Positions 37,170 to 47,038 of a stretch of DNA of 64,000 bases are shown in pieces. How positions within the stretch are numbered: the stretch's first letter is position 1; each line of letters starts with the position of its first letter. The stretch spans positions 10,149 to 74,148 of the forward strand of contig JBKJHT010000055.1 in NCBI GenBank assembly GCA_046598945.1, read 5' to 3'. This DNA comes from Burkholderiales bacterium (lineage in GTDB: Bacteria > Pseudomonadota > Gammaproteobacteria > Burkholderiales > JALYOK01). Below the pieces are notes generated by a model that was not told where the DNA came from, made no database searches, and worked only from the letters and a program-made list of their open reading frames with translations. The position numbers were made by a program, and so were the translations under genes.

Positions 37170-38201
37170 ATGCCGCGCAGGAAAATCACGATATCCAAGC
37201 CCTTTGCCGAGCTACCCACCGACGCTAATCCGAGCGAGATAGAATCGGTACCCTGGATACGCGCCTTCGCCCAGGGACGCGAGTATCCCAAACATACCGA
37301 GTTTGGCGGCAAATGGTTACGGTTCGTGCCAGTGAAAGATATTGATACGCTCTGGCCCAAGATCCGAGATGCGCTACATGCGGGCTGGCTAGGAAACTCG
37401 GCAAAGGTTGCTACCGCAATGTCAAACCCGAATGCGTCTACTCCAAACACGAGAGTAATATGCGTATATACATATGACTCACGAGATGAGTCCGACGTGA
37501 AACGTGTACGGCAATCACTCCGAGATATAGGGATTAGTCGAAAGATCCCATATAAAGCAGACAACGCAACTCGCGCGGCCAATGCACTATCCTTGTCGCT
37601 CGTCGCCGTGCTTCGTGAGCAGATCGTTGGTCAGGTCACGTTTTCGGAGCTAGGTTCCCCAGCGCAGAGCGGGTGGCTCGCCCTCGGTCCGTTGTCGGTT
37701 GAGCCGCCATTGCAGCGGCGCGGTGTGGGCAGCCAACTCATCGACGCGGGTCTTCAGGCGATACGCGAGCAGGGCGCCAAGGGCTGCGTCCTCGTCGGCA
37801 ATCATCGTTACTATCACCGTTTCGGCTTCGTCGTTGCACCGGCGTTTGCGCCGCCTCGATACCCGCCCCAGCATTTCCAGGTTCTCCGCTTTGGTGACTC
37901 CTTCCCGGATGCACCGGTTGCCTTTCACCCCGCGTTCTCGGCCGCGGCTCCGATCCCATCTGAACGCCAGCCAAAATTAAAATGGAATATCCGGGTATTG
38001 TCCAAGTGTGACGCGGTCGATGCCAGCCAGATCTTGATGGATCGTGCCGTTGACGAAGCCCGCTGCGGCCATCAACTCGTTGCACGCATTGCCCTGGTCG
38101 TAACCATGTTCCAACAACAGCCATCCGCCAGGAGCCAAGCGGGACGCGGCGTTTCGGGCAATGTGCGCCAGGGCCGACAATCCACGCGGGCCTGCGGCTA
38201 G
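37170..38201 (+). CDS. chimeric ORF: DUF1917/Bles03-like domain fused to an N-terminally truncated YhbS-like GNAT acetyltransferase (possibly a pseudogene)
   Basis: aa 1-135 carry GGKWLRFV...WPKIRDAL...AKVAT...RVICVYTYDSRDESDVKRV, DUF1917-like as I recall it. aa ~141-257 carry LSLVAV...LGPLSVEPPLQRRGVGSQLI...YYHRFGF, a GNAT lacking its first ~45 aa. There is no stop until 38201, 225 nt into the convergent prmC. Confidence 0.5.
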   Translation: MPRRKITISKPFAELPTDANPSEIESVPWIRAFAQGREYPKHTEFGGKWLRFVPVKDIDTLWPKIRDALHAGWLGNSAKVATAMSNPNASTPNTRVICVYTYDSRDESDVKRVRQSLRDIGISRKIPYKADNATRAANALSLSLVAVLREQIVGQVTFSELGSPAQSGWLALGPLSVEPPLQRRGVGSQLIDAGLQAIREQGAKGCVLVGNHRYYHRFGFVVAPAFAPPRYPPQHFQVLRFGDSFPDAPVAFHPAFSAAAPIPSERQPKLKWNIRVLSKCDAVDASQILMDRAVDEARCGHQLVARIALVVTMFQQQPSARSQAGRGVSGNVRQGRQSTRACG

Positions 38202-38891
38202 TGCCTGGCGCGGTTCGAAGCGCAAATCGCCTTGGGTGAGATGGGGATCGTCCTCGGCGACATAGGGCGGGTTGGAAACGATTAAATCAAACGGCTCTTC
38301 GCTTACGGCGCTGAACCAATCGCTTTGCAAAAATACTACGGCCGATGCCCGGTCGCGCAAAAGCCGTTGCGCGTTTTCCCGTGCGATTTCCAAGGCGGCG
38401 TTGCTGGCGTCAACGGCGGTGATGCGAGCAAGCGGACGATGTTTGGAGATGGCAATCGCGATGGCGCCGCTGCCGGCGCCTAAGTCCAATATTCGCGTCG
38501 ACCGATGCTCTGGAAGCCGCTCCAATGCTTGTTCTACGAGCAGTTCCGTTTCCGGGCGCGGGATCAATACGGCAGGCGTGACCTTGAACGTGAGTCCGAA
38601 AAATTCGCGTTCGCCGACGATATAGGCGACCGGCTCGCCGTTTTTTCTGCGCTCAACGTAGTCGCTAAATTGATTTTTCTCCGCGTCGGTCAAGACTCGT
38701 TCGGGATGGGTCGCTAGATGGGCACGGGTGGCGCGCAGTGTGTGTTGGAGCAGGACGCGCGCGTCCACTTGGTCGATTTGCCGGTACGCCAATTTCATCG
38801 CATCGGCAGTTTTAACGGCAGAATAGATTCCCGCCTCCGCGGCAATGACATCATCATGCGCCGTCGAGTTCCTACCTTTCATTCGGATCAA
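37977..38891 (-). CDS. prmC: peptide chain release factor N5-glutamine methyltransferase
   Basis: 304-aa ORF with SAM motif [12 protein letters not shown] and catalytic NPPY (VSNPPYV). ATGA overlap with the prfA stop. Confidence 0.9.
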   Translation of the reverse strand: MIRMKGRNSTAHDDVIAAEAGIYSAVKTADAMKLAYRQIDQVDARVLLQHTLRATRAHLATHPERVLTDAEKNQFSDYVERRKNGEPVAYIVGEREFFGLTFKVTPAVLIPRPETELLVEQALERLPEHRSTRILDLGAGSGAIAIAISKHRPLARITAVDASNAALEIARENAQRLLRDRASAVVFLQSDWFSAVSEEPFDLIVSNPPYVAEDDPHLTQGDLRFEPRQALAAGPRGLSALAHIARNAASRLAPGGWLLLEHGYDQGNACNELMAAAGFVNGTIHQDLAGIDRVTLGQYPDIPF

Positions 38892-39970
38892 TTCGATTCG
38901 CCGAGCGCAGCTAGTTGTTCCGCTTGATGTTCGGCCATCAGCGCGTTGGTAATCTCGGACATATCGCCGTCCATAACGAAATCGATTTTGTACAAGGTGA
39001 GATTGATGCGGTGATCGGTGACGCGACCTTGCGGAAAGTTGTAGGTGCGGATGCGTTCCGAGCGATCGCCGGAGCCGATCAGCGATTTACGCTCCGCGGC
39101 TTGTTTGGCATGTTGTTCGCGCTCTTGTTTATCCTTGATGCGCGCGACCAAAACCGACATCGCTTGCGCTTTGTTTTTGTGCTGCGAGCGGCCGTCTTGG
39201 CACTCGACCACGATGCCGGTGGGCATGTGCGTGATGCGGACGGCGGAATCGGTCTTGTTGATGTGCTGGCCGCCGGCGCCGCTGGCACGAAAGGTATCGA
39301 TGCGAATTTCCGCTGGATTGATGACGATATCGCTGACATCGTCCACTTCCGGCAAGATTGCGACGGTGCATGCAGAGGTGTGAATGCGCCCTTGGGTTTC
39401 CGTGTCGGGCACGCGCTGCACGCGATGGCCACCAGATTCGAATTTCAGTTTTGAATAGGCGCCCTGACCGATGATTTTTGCGATGACTTCTTTGTAGCCG
39501 CCGACTTCGCCCAGGCTCTCGGAAATGATTTCCACTTGCCAGCGATTGCGCTCGGCGTAGCGCGCATACATGCGGAATAAATCGCCGGAAAAAAGCGCGC
39601 TTTCGTCGCCGCCGGTGCCGGCGCGAATTTCCAGAAAGATGTTGCGCTCGTCGTTCGGATCTTTCGGCAACAACAGCGTTTGCAAATCTTTTTCTAAGGA
39701 TAAAAGTTTTTCCTTGCCGCTTCTAATTTCCGCTTCGGCGTAGTCGCGCATGTCAGGATCGCTCGCCATTTCTTGCGCGGCAGCCATATCCGCTTCGACC
39801 GTTTGATACTTTTGAAACAGCGACACCACCGGTGAAATCTCCGCGTGCTCCTTGGTCAGTTTGCGGTAGTTGTCCATGCTCGCGGTGACGGTCTCGCTCG
39901 ATAATTGCTTGTCGAGTTCCCCCAGCCGGTCTTTGAGGGACAGGAGTTTTTGTTGTATCGATGCTTTCAT
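38888..39970 (-). CDS. prfA: peptide chain release factor 1
   Basis: 360-aa ORF with the GGQ motif ([11 protein letters not shown]). Sits in hemA-prfA-prmC order. Confidence 0.97.
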   Translation of the reverse strand: MKASIQQKLLSLKDRLGELDKQLSSETVTASMDNYRKLTKEHAEISPVVSLFQKYQTVEADMAAAQEMASDPDMRDYAEAEIRSGKEKLLSLEKDLQTLLLPKDPNDERNIFLEIRAGTGGDESALFSGDLFRMYARYAERNRWQVEIISESLGEVGGYKEVIAKIIGQGAYSKLKFESGGHRVQRVPDTETQGRIHTSACTVAILPEVDDVSDIVINPAEIRIDTFRASGAGGQHINKTDSAVRITHMPTGIVVECQDGRSQHKNKAQAMSVLVARIKDKQEREQHAKQAAERKSLIGSGDRSERIRTYNFPQGRVTDHRINLTLYKIDFVMDGDMSEITNALMAEHQAEQLAALGESN

Positions 39971-41232
39971 TCTAGATCGCTGCTGGGGAAAAGCTGATTG
40001 AGGAGGCGGATCAGCGCGGCGCGCTCGTTGGTGTCGACATCTTGCAACGCGCGAGAGGGATGATGCATAAATTTATTCATTAAGCCGCGGCTCAGCGCTT
40101 CAAGCACTTGCTCGGGGTTTTCGCCCCGCGCGAGCAAGCGCTGCGCGCGCTCCAATTCCGCGACGCGATATTGCTCGGCACGTTCGCGCAATTGACGGAT
40201 GGTCGGCACCGAGGCACGTGCTTCGAGCCATTGGCCAAATTCCGTGACGCGGTTGGCGATAATGGATTCCGCCGCCGCGACCGCTGATTCGCGCTTACCC
40301 AAACCTTCTTGAACCACCGCGCCGAGATCGTCGACGGTGTAAAGGAACACGTCGCGCAAGTCGGCGACTTCGGGCTCAATGTCGCGCGGAACGGCGAGAT
40401 CCACCATGAATATCGGGCGGTGTTTGCGCTGCTTAATAGCGCGTTCGATCAGCCCTTTGCCGAGTATCGGCAAAGGGCTGGCCGTCGAGGTGATAATGAT
40501 GTCGTGGGTGGCGATGTGGTCGGGCAATTCGCCCAGCGTAATGGCGCTGCCATGGAATTTGTCGGCCAAATGTTTGGCGCGCTCCAAGGTGCGGTTGGCT
40601 ACGGTAACGTGCTTCGGCGTCTGCGCCGCAAAGTGAGTCGCGACCAGCTCGATCATTTCGCCGGCGCCGATGAAAAGCACGCGCTGATCGTTGATGCGCC
40701 CGAAAATGCGATTAGCTAGCTTCAGCGCGGCGGCGGCCATGGATACGGAGTTTGCGCCAATTTCCGTCGTGCTACGGACTTCTTTAGCGACGGAGAATGT
40801 GGTTTGAAAAAGTTTATCCAGCAACAATCCCAGCGTGCCTGATTCGCGCGCTGTGCGCACCGCTTCTTTCACCTGGCCTAATATTTGCGGCTCGCCGATG
40901 ACCATGGAATCCAAACCCGACGCCACGCGGAACGCGTGTTTCACCGCCGTACCGTCGGCGTGTTGGTAGAAATAGGGTTCGACGTGTTGCGAGTCTAGCG
41001 CGTGATACTGCATCAGCCAGCGCGAAATGGCGTTCGGTGTGCTGGCATGGCAGTAGATTTCCGTACGGTTGCAGGTGGACAAAATCGCGCCCTCGGAGAC
41101 GCCGGGCAATTGCACCAATTCACGCAGCGCGGGCACAAGCAATTCCGGCGGAAAAGCCATACGTTCCCGGATCGCGACCGGCGCGCTTTGGTGATTGATG
41201 CCCAAGGTGAAAATGTGCTGCGAAACCGCCAT
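39967..41232 (-). CDS. hemA: glutamyl-tRNA reductase
   Basis: 421-aa ORF with active-site region STCNRTEIY and NADPH-binding VLFIGAGEM. Confidence 0.95.
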   Translation of the reverse strand: MAVSQHIFTLGINHQSAPVAIRERMAFPPELLVPALRELVQLPGVSEGAILSTCNRTEIYCHASTPNAISRWLMQYHALDSQHVEPYFYQHADGTAVKHAFRVASGLDSMVIGEPQILGQVKEAVRTARESGTLGLLLDKLFQTTFSVAKEVRSTTEIGANSVSMAAAALKLANRIFGRINDQRVLFIGAGEMIELVATHFAAQTPKHVTVANRTLERAKHLADKFHGSAITLGELPDHIATHDIIITSTASPLPILGKGLIERAIKQRKHRPIFMVDLAVPRDIEPEVADLRDVFLYTVDDLGAVVQEGLGKRESAVAAAESIIANRVTEFGQWLEARASVPTIRQLRERAEQYRVAELERAQRLLARGENPEQVLEALSRGLMNKFMHHPSRALQDVDTNERAALIRLLNQLFPSSDLE

Positions 41233-41365
41233 GGCAATGAAACGCGAAACCGTTGATGGTTAACGATAAATTATAACATTCGACCTCGCGATCAGGCTGC
41301 GGAACGGTTTGCTCGATCGAGAAGGGAATTTAACGCCATGAGCGCAGTTCGGGCTTACGCGGGAG

Positions 41366-42307
41366 TCAACCGGCGCGCGATTTATTGGCGTGATGACGCT
41401 GCCGCCACAGGCTCACTTCCTTGATGGCGTGATTCAGCGTCGGCAGGAAATTAACGTGATCCACAGTACGCTTTGATCGTGCAATGGCGCTGCCACCTGC
41501 CCAAATTTCAATACTTGAAGATAATTCCCGGCGCAGACTGGCCAAACCTTCGCCGATCAACTTGACGGGATAGGCGCCGGTAAACGAAATCGCGACGATA
41601 TCGCAATGATGAGCCGCCGCCGCGCGGACGATTTCCGCGATGGGTAACTGCGCGCCGAGCGAAATACAATGCGCGCCCTCCACCGCCAGCGCTGCTTCCA
41701 GCATCAGCAGTCCCACGCTGTGCTGCTCCTTCGGTAACGTGGCCAGCAATAGTTTTGGCGGACGCGAACTTTTTTCGTAGTTAACAATGGCATGGCGCAA
41801 CATATTCTGCAGGATCTCGGTGTAGGCGTGCTCCTGAAATATTTCTAGGTCGCCGCCTACCCAGGCTTCGCCGACGTAAGTGTTGAGCGGCGTTAGAATG
41901 TCACAGATGAACGGTTGCACGCCGTAGCGAAGTAGCGATTGTTGCAGGGATTTTTGCAGATCACTAAGTTGGTGGCGCCGGATCATGTCGATGTAGCGCT
42001 CAATTTCTCCTTGGTGCGGCGAACTCGCCGACCGCGACGAGTTATGCTTAGAGGAAATTTTTAACAGTTGGCTGAGTGACTGCTGCACCAGCTTTCCGGG
42101 CCGCATGCCGTGATCCATTAAGCGTTTAATCGTTCTCAGGCGTTCGATGTCCTGCGACGCGTAGGCGCGGTCGCCGTTGAGATCGCGGCTCGGTTGGGGA
42201 AAACCGTAGCGCCGTTCCCAAATTCGCAGTGTATCCTTGCTAATACCCGTTTCGCGCTCTACCACACTGATCGATACAAGCGTGGTTGTATCCGTGGGCT
42301 GAATCAT
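41366..42307 (-). CDS. MerR-family transcriptional regulator with C-terminal cobalamin-binding domain (LitR/CarH-like)
   Basis: N-terminal MerR helix-turn-helix (ISVVERETGISKDTLRIWERRYGFP). The C-terminal Rossmann-like domain carries EQHSVG, which fits the E/DxHxxG B12 lower-ligand motif. Confidence 0.78.
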   Translation of the reverse strand: MIQPTDTTTLVSISVVERETGISKDTLRIWERRYGFPQPSRDLNGDRAYASQDIERLRTIKRLMDHGMRPGKLVQQSLSQLLKISSKHNSSRSASSPHQGEIERYIDMIRRHQLSDLQKSLQQSLLRYGVQPFICDILTPLNTYVGEAWVGGDLEIFQEHAYTEILQNMLRHAIVNYEKSSRPPKLLLATLPKEQHSVGLLMLEAALAVEGAHCISLGAQLPIAEIVRAAAAHHCDIVAISFTGAYPVKLIGEGLASLRRELSSSIEIWAGGSAIARSKRTVDHVNFLPTLNHAIKEVSLWRQRHHANKSRAG

Positions 42308-42451
42308 TTATAGTTTGTCCTAGGCAAATCAGCGGGATGACTGCCCTGTCCCCGTCGAGGGGTAAGCCGATAAGTCCTCATTATTCACTTACGCTGCGCC
42401 TAAATTATCACAGAATTCGGTTAATTACAGCAATTTGTGTGTGCGGAGGTA

Positions 42452-42709
42452 ATGATGAAAATAAGCAAATTGTGTCTCGCAGTTGCGCTCTGCGGCGCCA
42501 CCTTGAACGTCCTGGCGAATGACGCCGCGCCGTCAGGCGCCAGCAAGCCGTTCGTCGATAGCGTCAAACGTGAGCGTCGCCAAGCCTTACCCGAAGCCTC
42601 GGATCTGGACGCTAGGTGGCAACCGTATTTGCGCTGGCATCGTGACGCCACAGCGCTGCGGGGCGCCGACTCAGGCCTCAACGGCCATCAACCGCTGCTA
42701 CAGCTTTAA
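42452..42709 (+). CDS. small exported hypothetical protein
   Basis: Signal peptide MMKISKLCLAVALCGATLNVLA, a GGAGG SD just upstream, and an end 13 nt before gpx. No recognisable family. Confidence 0.35.
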   Translation: MMKISKLCLAVALCGATLNVLANDAAPSGASKPFVDSVKRERRQALPEASDLDARWQPYLRWHRDATALRGADSGLNGHQPLLQL

Positions 42710-42721
42710 CGGCGCTCGCGA

Positions 42722-43264
42722 ATGTGGCGTTATGCGCTCCGGATCATTCTGTTGGCAACGGCATTGACCGCGCAAGCGAACTGCCCCGATCTTCTTGACC
42801 AACATTTCGCGCCGTTGAGGGGCGGCGCGACGCAGAGCCTATGCCAATACCAAGGAAAAGTGCTGCTGGTCGTGAATACCGCGAGTTATTGCGGCAATAC
42901 GCCGCAGTACAAAGGCTTGCAGGCCTTGTACCAAAAATATCGTGCGCTCGGCTTGGTGGTGCTTGGTTTTCCCAGTAACGACTTCGGGCGCCAGGAACCG
43001 GGTGCGGCAGCGGATATTGCGGAATTTTGCGAGCGAACGTATCGAGTGACGTTCCCGATGTTCGAGAAATCGAGCGTTCGGGCGGCCAACGGCAATCCGC
43101 TTTACGACCAACTCGCGGCCCTCTCCGGCGAGCGGCCACAGTGGAACTTTCACAAGTATGTAATCGACCGTAGCGGCAAGAAGATCTCCAGTTTCGGCAG
43201 TTCCATCTTGCCCGAAGACGCGCAGTTGGTTAGGCAAATCGAAACGCTACTCGCAGCGCAATAA
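42722..43264 (+). CDS. glutathione peroxidase (exported, Cys-type)
   Basis: 180-aa ORF with signal peptide MWRYALRIILLATALTAQA, active-site NTASYCGNTPQY and FPSNDFGRQEPG. Confidence 0.9.
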   Translation: MWRYALRIILLATALTAQANCPDLLDQHFAPLRGGATQSLCQYQGKVLLVVNTASYCGNTPQYKGLQALYQKYRALGLVVLGFPSNDFGRQEPGAAADIAEFCERTYRVTFPMFEKSSVRAANGNPLYDQLAALSGERPQWNFHKYVIDRSGKKISSFGSSILPEDAQLVRQIETLLAAQ

Positions 43265-43284
43265 CGGCGCCAACTTAAAATCTG

Positions 43285-43848
43285 TTATTGCCGCGTAAAG
43301 TTTTCCAGCAAAGCGTGGCCATGTTCGGTCAGAATAGATTCTGGGTGAAATTGCACCCCTTCGACAGCCAGGGTTTTATGCCGCACGCCCATGATTTCAC
43401 CATCATCCGTCCACGCGGTAACCGCCAAACACGCTGGCAGGGAGGCGCGTTCGATCACCAGCGAGTGATAGCGCGTCGCGCGATAAGGATTGGGCAAGCC
43501 ATTAAACACGCCGTCGCCGTGATGATGTATCTGCGAGGTCTTGCCGTGCATGAGTTGCTGCGCATGGATAATTTTTCCGCCGAAGGCTTGGCCGATGCTC
43601 TGGTGTCCCAAACACACACCGAGAATCGGAATCTTTCCCGCGAATTGTTTAATCAGCGGCACTGACACGCCGGCTTCGTTGGGCGTGCACGGCCCCGGCG
43701 ACACCACGATGCGATCAGGCTTGAGCGCGGCGATATGCTCTAATGTGATTTCATCATTGCGGTAAACCACCACCTCTTGACCCAGTTCGCCCAGATATTG
43801 CACCAGGTTGTAGGTGAAGGAATCATAATTGTCGATCATGAGTAACAT
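43285..43848 (-). CDS. glutamine amidotransferase component II of anthranilate/aminodeoxychorismate synthase
   Basis: 187-aa ORF with [15 protein letters not shown], catalytic GVCLGHQ, and a His/Glu region in FHPES. TrpG and PabA cannot be told apart from sequence alone. Confidence 0.9.
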   Translation of the reverse strand: MLLMIDNYDSFTYNLVQYLGELGQEVVVYRNDEITLEHIAALKPDRIVVSPGPCTPNEAGVSVPLIKQFAGKIPILGVCLGHQSIGQAFGGKIIHAQQLMHGKTSQIHHHGDGVFNGLPNPYRATRYHSLVIERASLPACLAVTAWTDDGEIMGVRHKTLAVEGVQFHPESILTEHGHALLENFTRQ

Positions 43849-44116
43849 AGCGATTGAATCTACTGCGGCAAAAAAGTTGACCGTACTTTAGCAGGGATAT
43901 GCGCTCATTGTATAGCGCAAGAGCGCATTCGCGCCGCCAGAGATGCCTGGAGATCCGCGCCAATATTGGCTCCTGGCGCGATTATGTTGGTATACTCGCG
44001 GGATGTTGAGTGATCAAACGGATCAAAGCCCGCAACATCGGGCACTTTTGTTAAGATGCGCGTTGGTCGTGCGATTTCGTCGCAAGCGGCCGGTTGAAAA
44101 AACCTAGGGGAGTATT

Positions 44117-44686
44117 CTGGCAACCTACCAGGAACTATCGGATTTTCTGGCTTCCGTCGAACGCCGCGCCTATAAACAGGCGTTTTTTGCCGTGCGTGAC
44201 GAGGAAGTCGCGCTCGATATCGTCCAGGATGCCATGCTCAAGCTCACGGAAAAATACAGCGGCAAACCGATCGAAGAGTTGCCGATGTTATTCACGCGCA
44301 TTGCCCAGAATGCAATGCGCGACTATTTTCGTCGGCAAAAGGTGCGCTCCACCTGGACAACGCTGTTCTCAAGCTTAACCGGACGAGATAGCGATGAAGA
44401 AGATCGTGACCCGCTGGAAACACTTGAGGTAGAATCAAGCAATAGCGTAGGCGACACTCCTCCCGCGCAATTGGAACAAAAACAAGTGCTTGGAGCGATC
44501 GAGGCGGCCGTGAAGAAACTCCCAACGCGTCAACGGGAAGCCTTCCTGCTGCGTTATTGGGAAGAGTTTGATGTGGCTGAGACCGCTGCTGCGATGGGGT
44601 GTTCCGAAGGCAGTGTAAAAACTCACTGTTCTCGCGCAGTGCAAGCCTTGTCCGTCACGCTAAAAGCTAAAGGTATTACCCTATGA
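44117..44686 (+). CDS. ECF-type RNA polymerase sigma-70 factor
   Basis: Region 2 (ALDIVQDAMLKL...FTRIAQNAMRDYFRR) and region 4 (LPTRQREAFLLRYWEEFDVAETAAAMGCSEGSVKTHCSRA). The conserved N-terminal segment ELSDFLASVERRAYKQAFFAV lies upstream of the first GTG (44192). The only in-frame candidates after the TAG at 44105 are ATT 44114 and CTG 44117. Confidence 0.82.
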   Translation: MATYQELSDFLASVERRAYKQAFFAVRDEEVALDIVQDAMLKLTEKYSGKPIEELPMLFTRIAQNAMRDYFRRQKVRSTWTTLFSSLTGRDSDEEDRDPLETLEVESSNSVGDTPPAQLEQKQVLGAIEAAVKKLPTRQREAFLLRYWEEFDVAETAAAMGCSEGSVKTHCSRAVQALSVTLKAKGITL

Positions 44687-45057
44687 ACGAGCTGGAATTC
44701 GCCAAAAAAGTTGCGCAGCAACTTAATCGCAGTACCCAACAGTTAAACGCCGTTCCGCTTGCCCGATTGAAGGCGGCGCGCGAGCGCGCGCTGGAAGCCT
44801 ATCGTAGCGAGCCGATGTTAGCCCATGTCGGCGGGTCGGCCGGTGAGAGTTGGAGCGATCGGTTGTTGCACCATCCGCGCCTGGCCTGGGGCGGCTTTGC
44901 CGCGCTGCTCGGCCTGGCGATCGGTATCAATTTTTGGCAAGAAACCGAGCGAGAAAGTTCGCCCATCGACGCGCAGATTTTGGCGAGCGACCTACCGCTG
45001 CACACCTTCACCCACCAAGACTTCGACGCATGGTTAAGAGACAACTCCAAGCAATAG
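44683..45057 (+). CDS. DUF3619 family protein (putative anti-sigma / membrane partner)
   Basis: 124-aa ORF with ATGA overlap with the sigma gene and one TM helix (LAWGGFAALLGLAIGINFW). The family name is from memory of this conserved cluster. Confidence 0.68.
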   Translation: MNELEFAKKVAQQLNRSTQQLNAVPLARLKAARERALEAYRSEPMLAHVGGSAGESWSDRLLHHPRLAWGGFAALLGLAIGINFWQETERESSPIDAQILASDLPLHTFTHQDFDAWLRDNSKQ

Positions 45058-45380
45058 CACTGGGCCTGGCGCTGTCCGGGGCGGTCAATGCCCAGGATTG
45101 GAACAGCATTGGCAGCGCGGAGAAATCCGTGCTCGCGCCGCTATCCGGCCAATGGAGTGCGTTGCCGCAGGAAGAGCGCACTCACCTACTCGAAGCAGCG
45201 AAGCATTATCCCAAGATGTCCCCCGCCGAGCAGGATAAATTCCGTGCGCGCTTACCGGAGTGGGGCAAACTCGATCCGGCCGCGCGCAAAGCGGCCCGCG
45301 AGAACTACGACAAGATCAAGAACTTACCGCCCGAGCAGCAGAAAAAAGTAATGGAAAAACTGCGCTCGCAAGAGCGCTAG
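45030..45380 (+). CDS. DUF3106 family exported protein
   Basis: ATG giving MVKRQLQAIALGLALSGAVNA (signal peptide). Contains repeated W...L...E/Q...R helical motifs and a lysine-rich C-terminus. Confidence 0.68.
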   Translation: MVKRQLQAIALGLALSGAVNAQDWNSIGSAEKSVLAPLSGQWSALPQEERTHLLEAAKHYPKMSPAEQDKFRARLPEWGKLDPAARKAARENYDKIKNLPPEQQKKVMEKLRSQER

Positions 45381-45441
45381 TCCGCAACGCTTCCCCGGCC
45401 GGGCGCGCGACGGCCGTTAGACAATTTCCTGCCGCGCTGCC

Positions 45442-45855
45442 ATGCTCCCTCCAAGCTTTATCCGACGCATTCTGTGCATGATTTACGACGGCCTATTGCT
45501 GGCCGCCGTGTTATTTATCGCCGGTTTCGCGTTCATTTATTTGACCGACTATCCCAATCATCCTGGTCTTCGACCGCTGTTGCAGATTTTCTTGCTGGCG
45601 ATTATCGCAACGTATTTCTGCGGGTTCTGGTGTAAATCGGGCCAAACGCTGGCGATGAAAACCTGGCGCATTAAACTGCAAAATCGTGACGCTGGCTTGC
45701 TTTCGCCAAGGCAGGCGCTACTGCGATTTGCCTTGGCGTTCGCCGGATTCGCCCTGGGCGGGCTGACGATTTGGTGGGCGCTATTTGATCGCGAACAACA
45801 GTTTTTGCATGATCGCCTGAGCGGCAATCGCTTAGTGGTCGTTCCTCAACAATAA
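45442..45855 (+). CDS. RDD family membrane protein
   Basis: 137-aa ORF with RRILCMIYDGLLL, three TM segments, and a C-terminal HDRLSG motif. Confidence 0.78.
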   Translation: MLPPSFIRRILCMIYDGLLLAAVLFIAGFAFIYLTDYPNHPGLRPLLQIFLLAIIATYFCGFWCKSGQTLAMKTWRIKLQNRDAGLLSPRQALLRFALAFAGFALGGLTIWWALFDREQQFLHDRLSGNRLVVVPQQ

Positions 45856-45859
45856 CGAC

Positions 45860-45896
45860 CTTGCCAGGAGGTCGATGGCGCGCGCCTCCTGGCAGG
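45860..45896. other. GC-rich stem-loop after the RDD gene (terminator or REP-like)
   Basis: CTTGCCAGGAGG-13 nt-CCTCCTGGCAGG pairs at 11 of 12 positions, 5 nt after the stop. No U-tract. Confidence 0.4.
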
Positions 45897-45958
45897 GCAT
45901 CGCCCGGCCGGGTAGCCTAGGGCCAGAGCCGCTCTGGTACTGGGTCATAGGCCGATCG

Positions 45959-47032
45959 CTAACGCCGTTCTACATACTTCATCATGGAAACGGCAATCGT
46001 GAGAAAAAGCAACGTCGGCAATGCGGCGCTCATGAAGGGATTCCAGTCGTTTAGCACACCAAGGTTCGAGAACAATCGATTAAGTAAATAAAAGCCAATG
46101 CCGAGCATGATGCCGCTGAAAATTTTGCCGCTTAACCCACCGCTGCGCCGCTGATAAATGGCGAACGGCAGCGCCAACGTCATCATCACCAGCAAGGCAA
46201 ACGGATGAATGATTTTCGTCCATTTGGCGATTTCGTAGCGCGTGGTTTTTTGTTTGTTCTCGCGCAAATGCTCGATATAGGTAAAGAGATTCCACACCGA
46301 CATATTTTCTGGCACCACCAGCAGCACCGACAAAATTTCCGGCGTGACAACGGAATTCCAGGTCGCGTCCGCGAGTTTTTTCAGCGCGACCGTGTTGCCG
46401 CTAAACAAGGTTTGATCGACCTCGCTGATGCGCCAGTTGTTCTCACCGCGATACTCGCCGCGCTTCGCCAAGCTGATACTTTTGAGGCGGTGGGCGTCAT
46501 CGAATTCATAGATCTTGAGATTTCGCAGCGTCGTGTCCGGCAACATTTCCTGCACGTTAACGAAAGTTTTCGCATCCTTCACCCACAGGCCGGAGCGGAA
46601 TTCCTGTGCGACTAATGCGTTCATCGCCTGCAGACGATATTTCTGCGCGATACGATCGGAATACGGCGCGATCACATCGCCGAATACGAAATTGATGGTC
46701 GCGAACACTACGCCGATGGCGATTAGCAATTTCATAATCATGGCCAGGGAATAGCCCGATGCGCGCATTACCGTGAGTTCGGAATGGGTCGAGAGTTGCG
46801 TCAGCGCGAAGATCGTGCCGATCAGTGCCGAAATGGGAAAGAGTTGATAGACGTGGCCGGGCAAGGACAGCCACACGAACAGAAACATTTGCGGCAAACG
46901 ATAGCTGCCCTTGCCCAGTTGCGGCAGCTCGAAAATGAGATCGAAGAACGCGTACAGCATCAGCAGCGCCACCAGAACGAGGGCCGTGCCGGCGACGACT
47001 TCTTTCGCCAGGTAGCGTGCGAGGATGCCCAA
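45959..47032 (-). CDS. lptG: LPS export ABC transporter permease LptG
   Basis: 357-aa ORF starting MGILARYLAKEV, with YjgP/YjgQ permease topology. Confidence 0.92.
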   Translation of the reverse strand: MGILARYLAKEVVAGTALVLVALLMLYAFFDLIFELPQLGKGSYRLPQMFLFVWLSLPGHVYQLFPISALIGTIFALTQLSTHSELTVMRASGYSLAMIMKLLIAIGVVFATINFVFGDVIAPYSDRIAQKYRLQAMNALVAQEFRSGLWVKDAKTFVNVQEMLPDTTLRNLKIYEFDDAHRLKSISLAKRGEYRGENNWRISEVDQTLFSGNTVALKKLADATWNSVVTPEILSVLLVVPENMSVWNLFTYIEHLRENKQKTTRYEIAKWTKIIHPFALLVMMTLALPFAIYQRRSGGLSGKIFSGIMLGIGFYLLNRLFSNLGVLNDWNPFMSAALPTLLFLTIAVSMMKYVERR

Positions 47033-47038
47033 TATGAA

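Noticed and set aside
37082-37582. 166-aa ORF on the - strand
   Set aside because: It is antisense to the DUF1917-like half of the chimeric ORF, which has recognisable family motifs. This frame has none.
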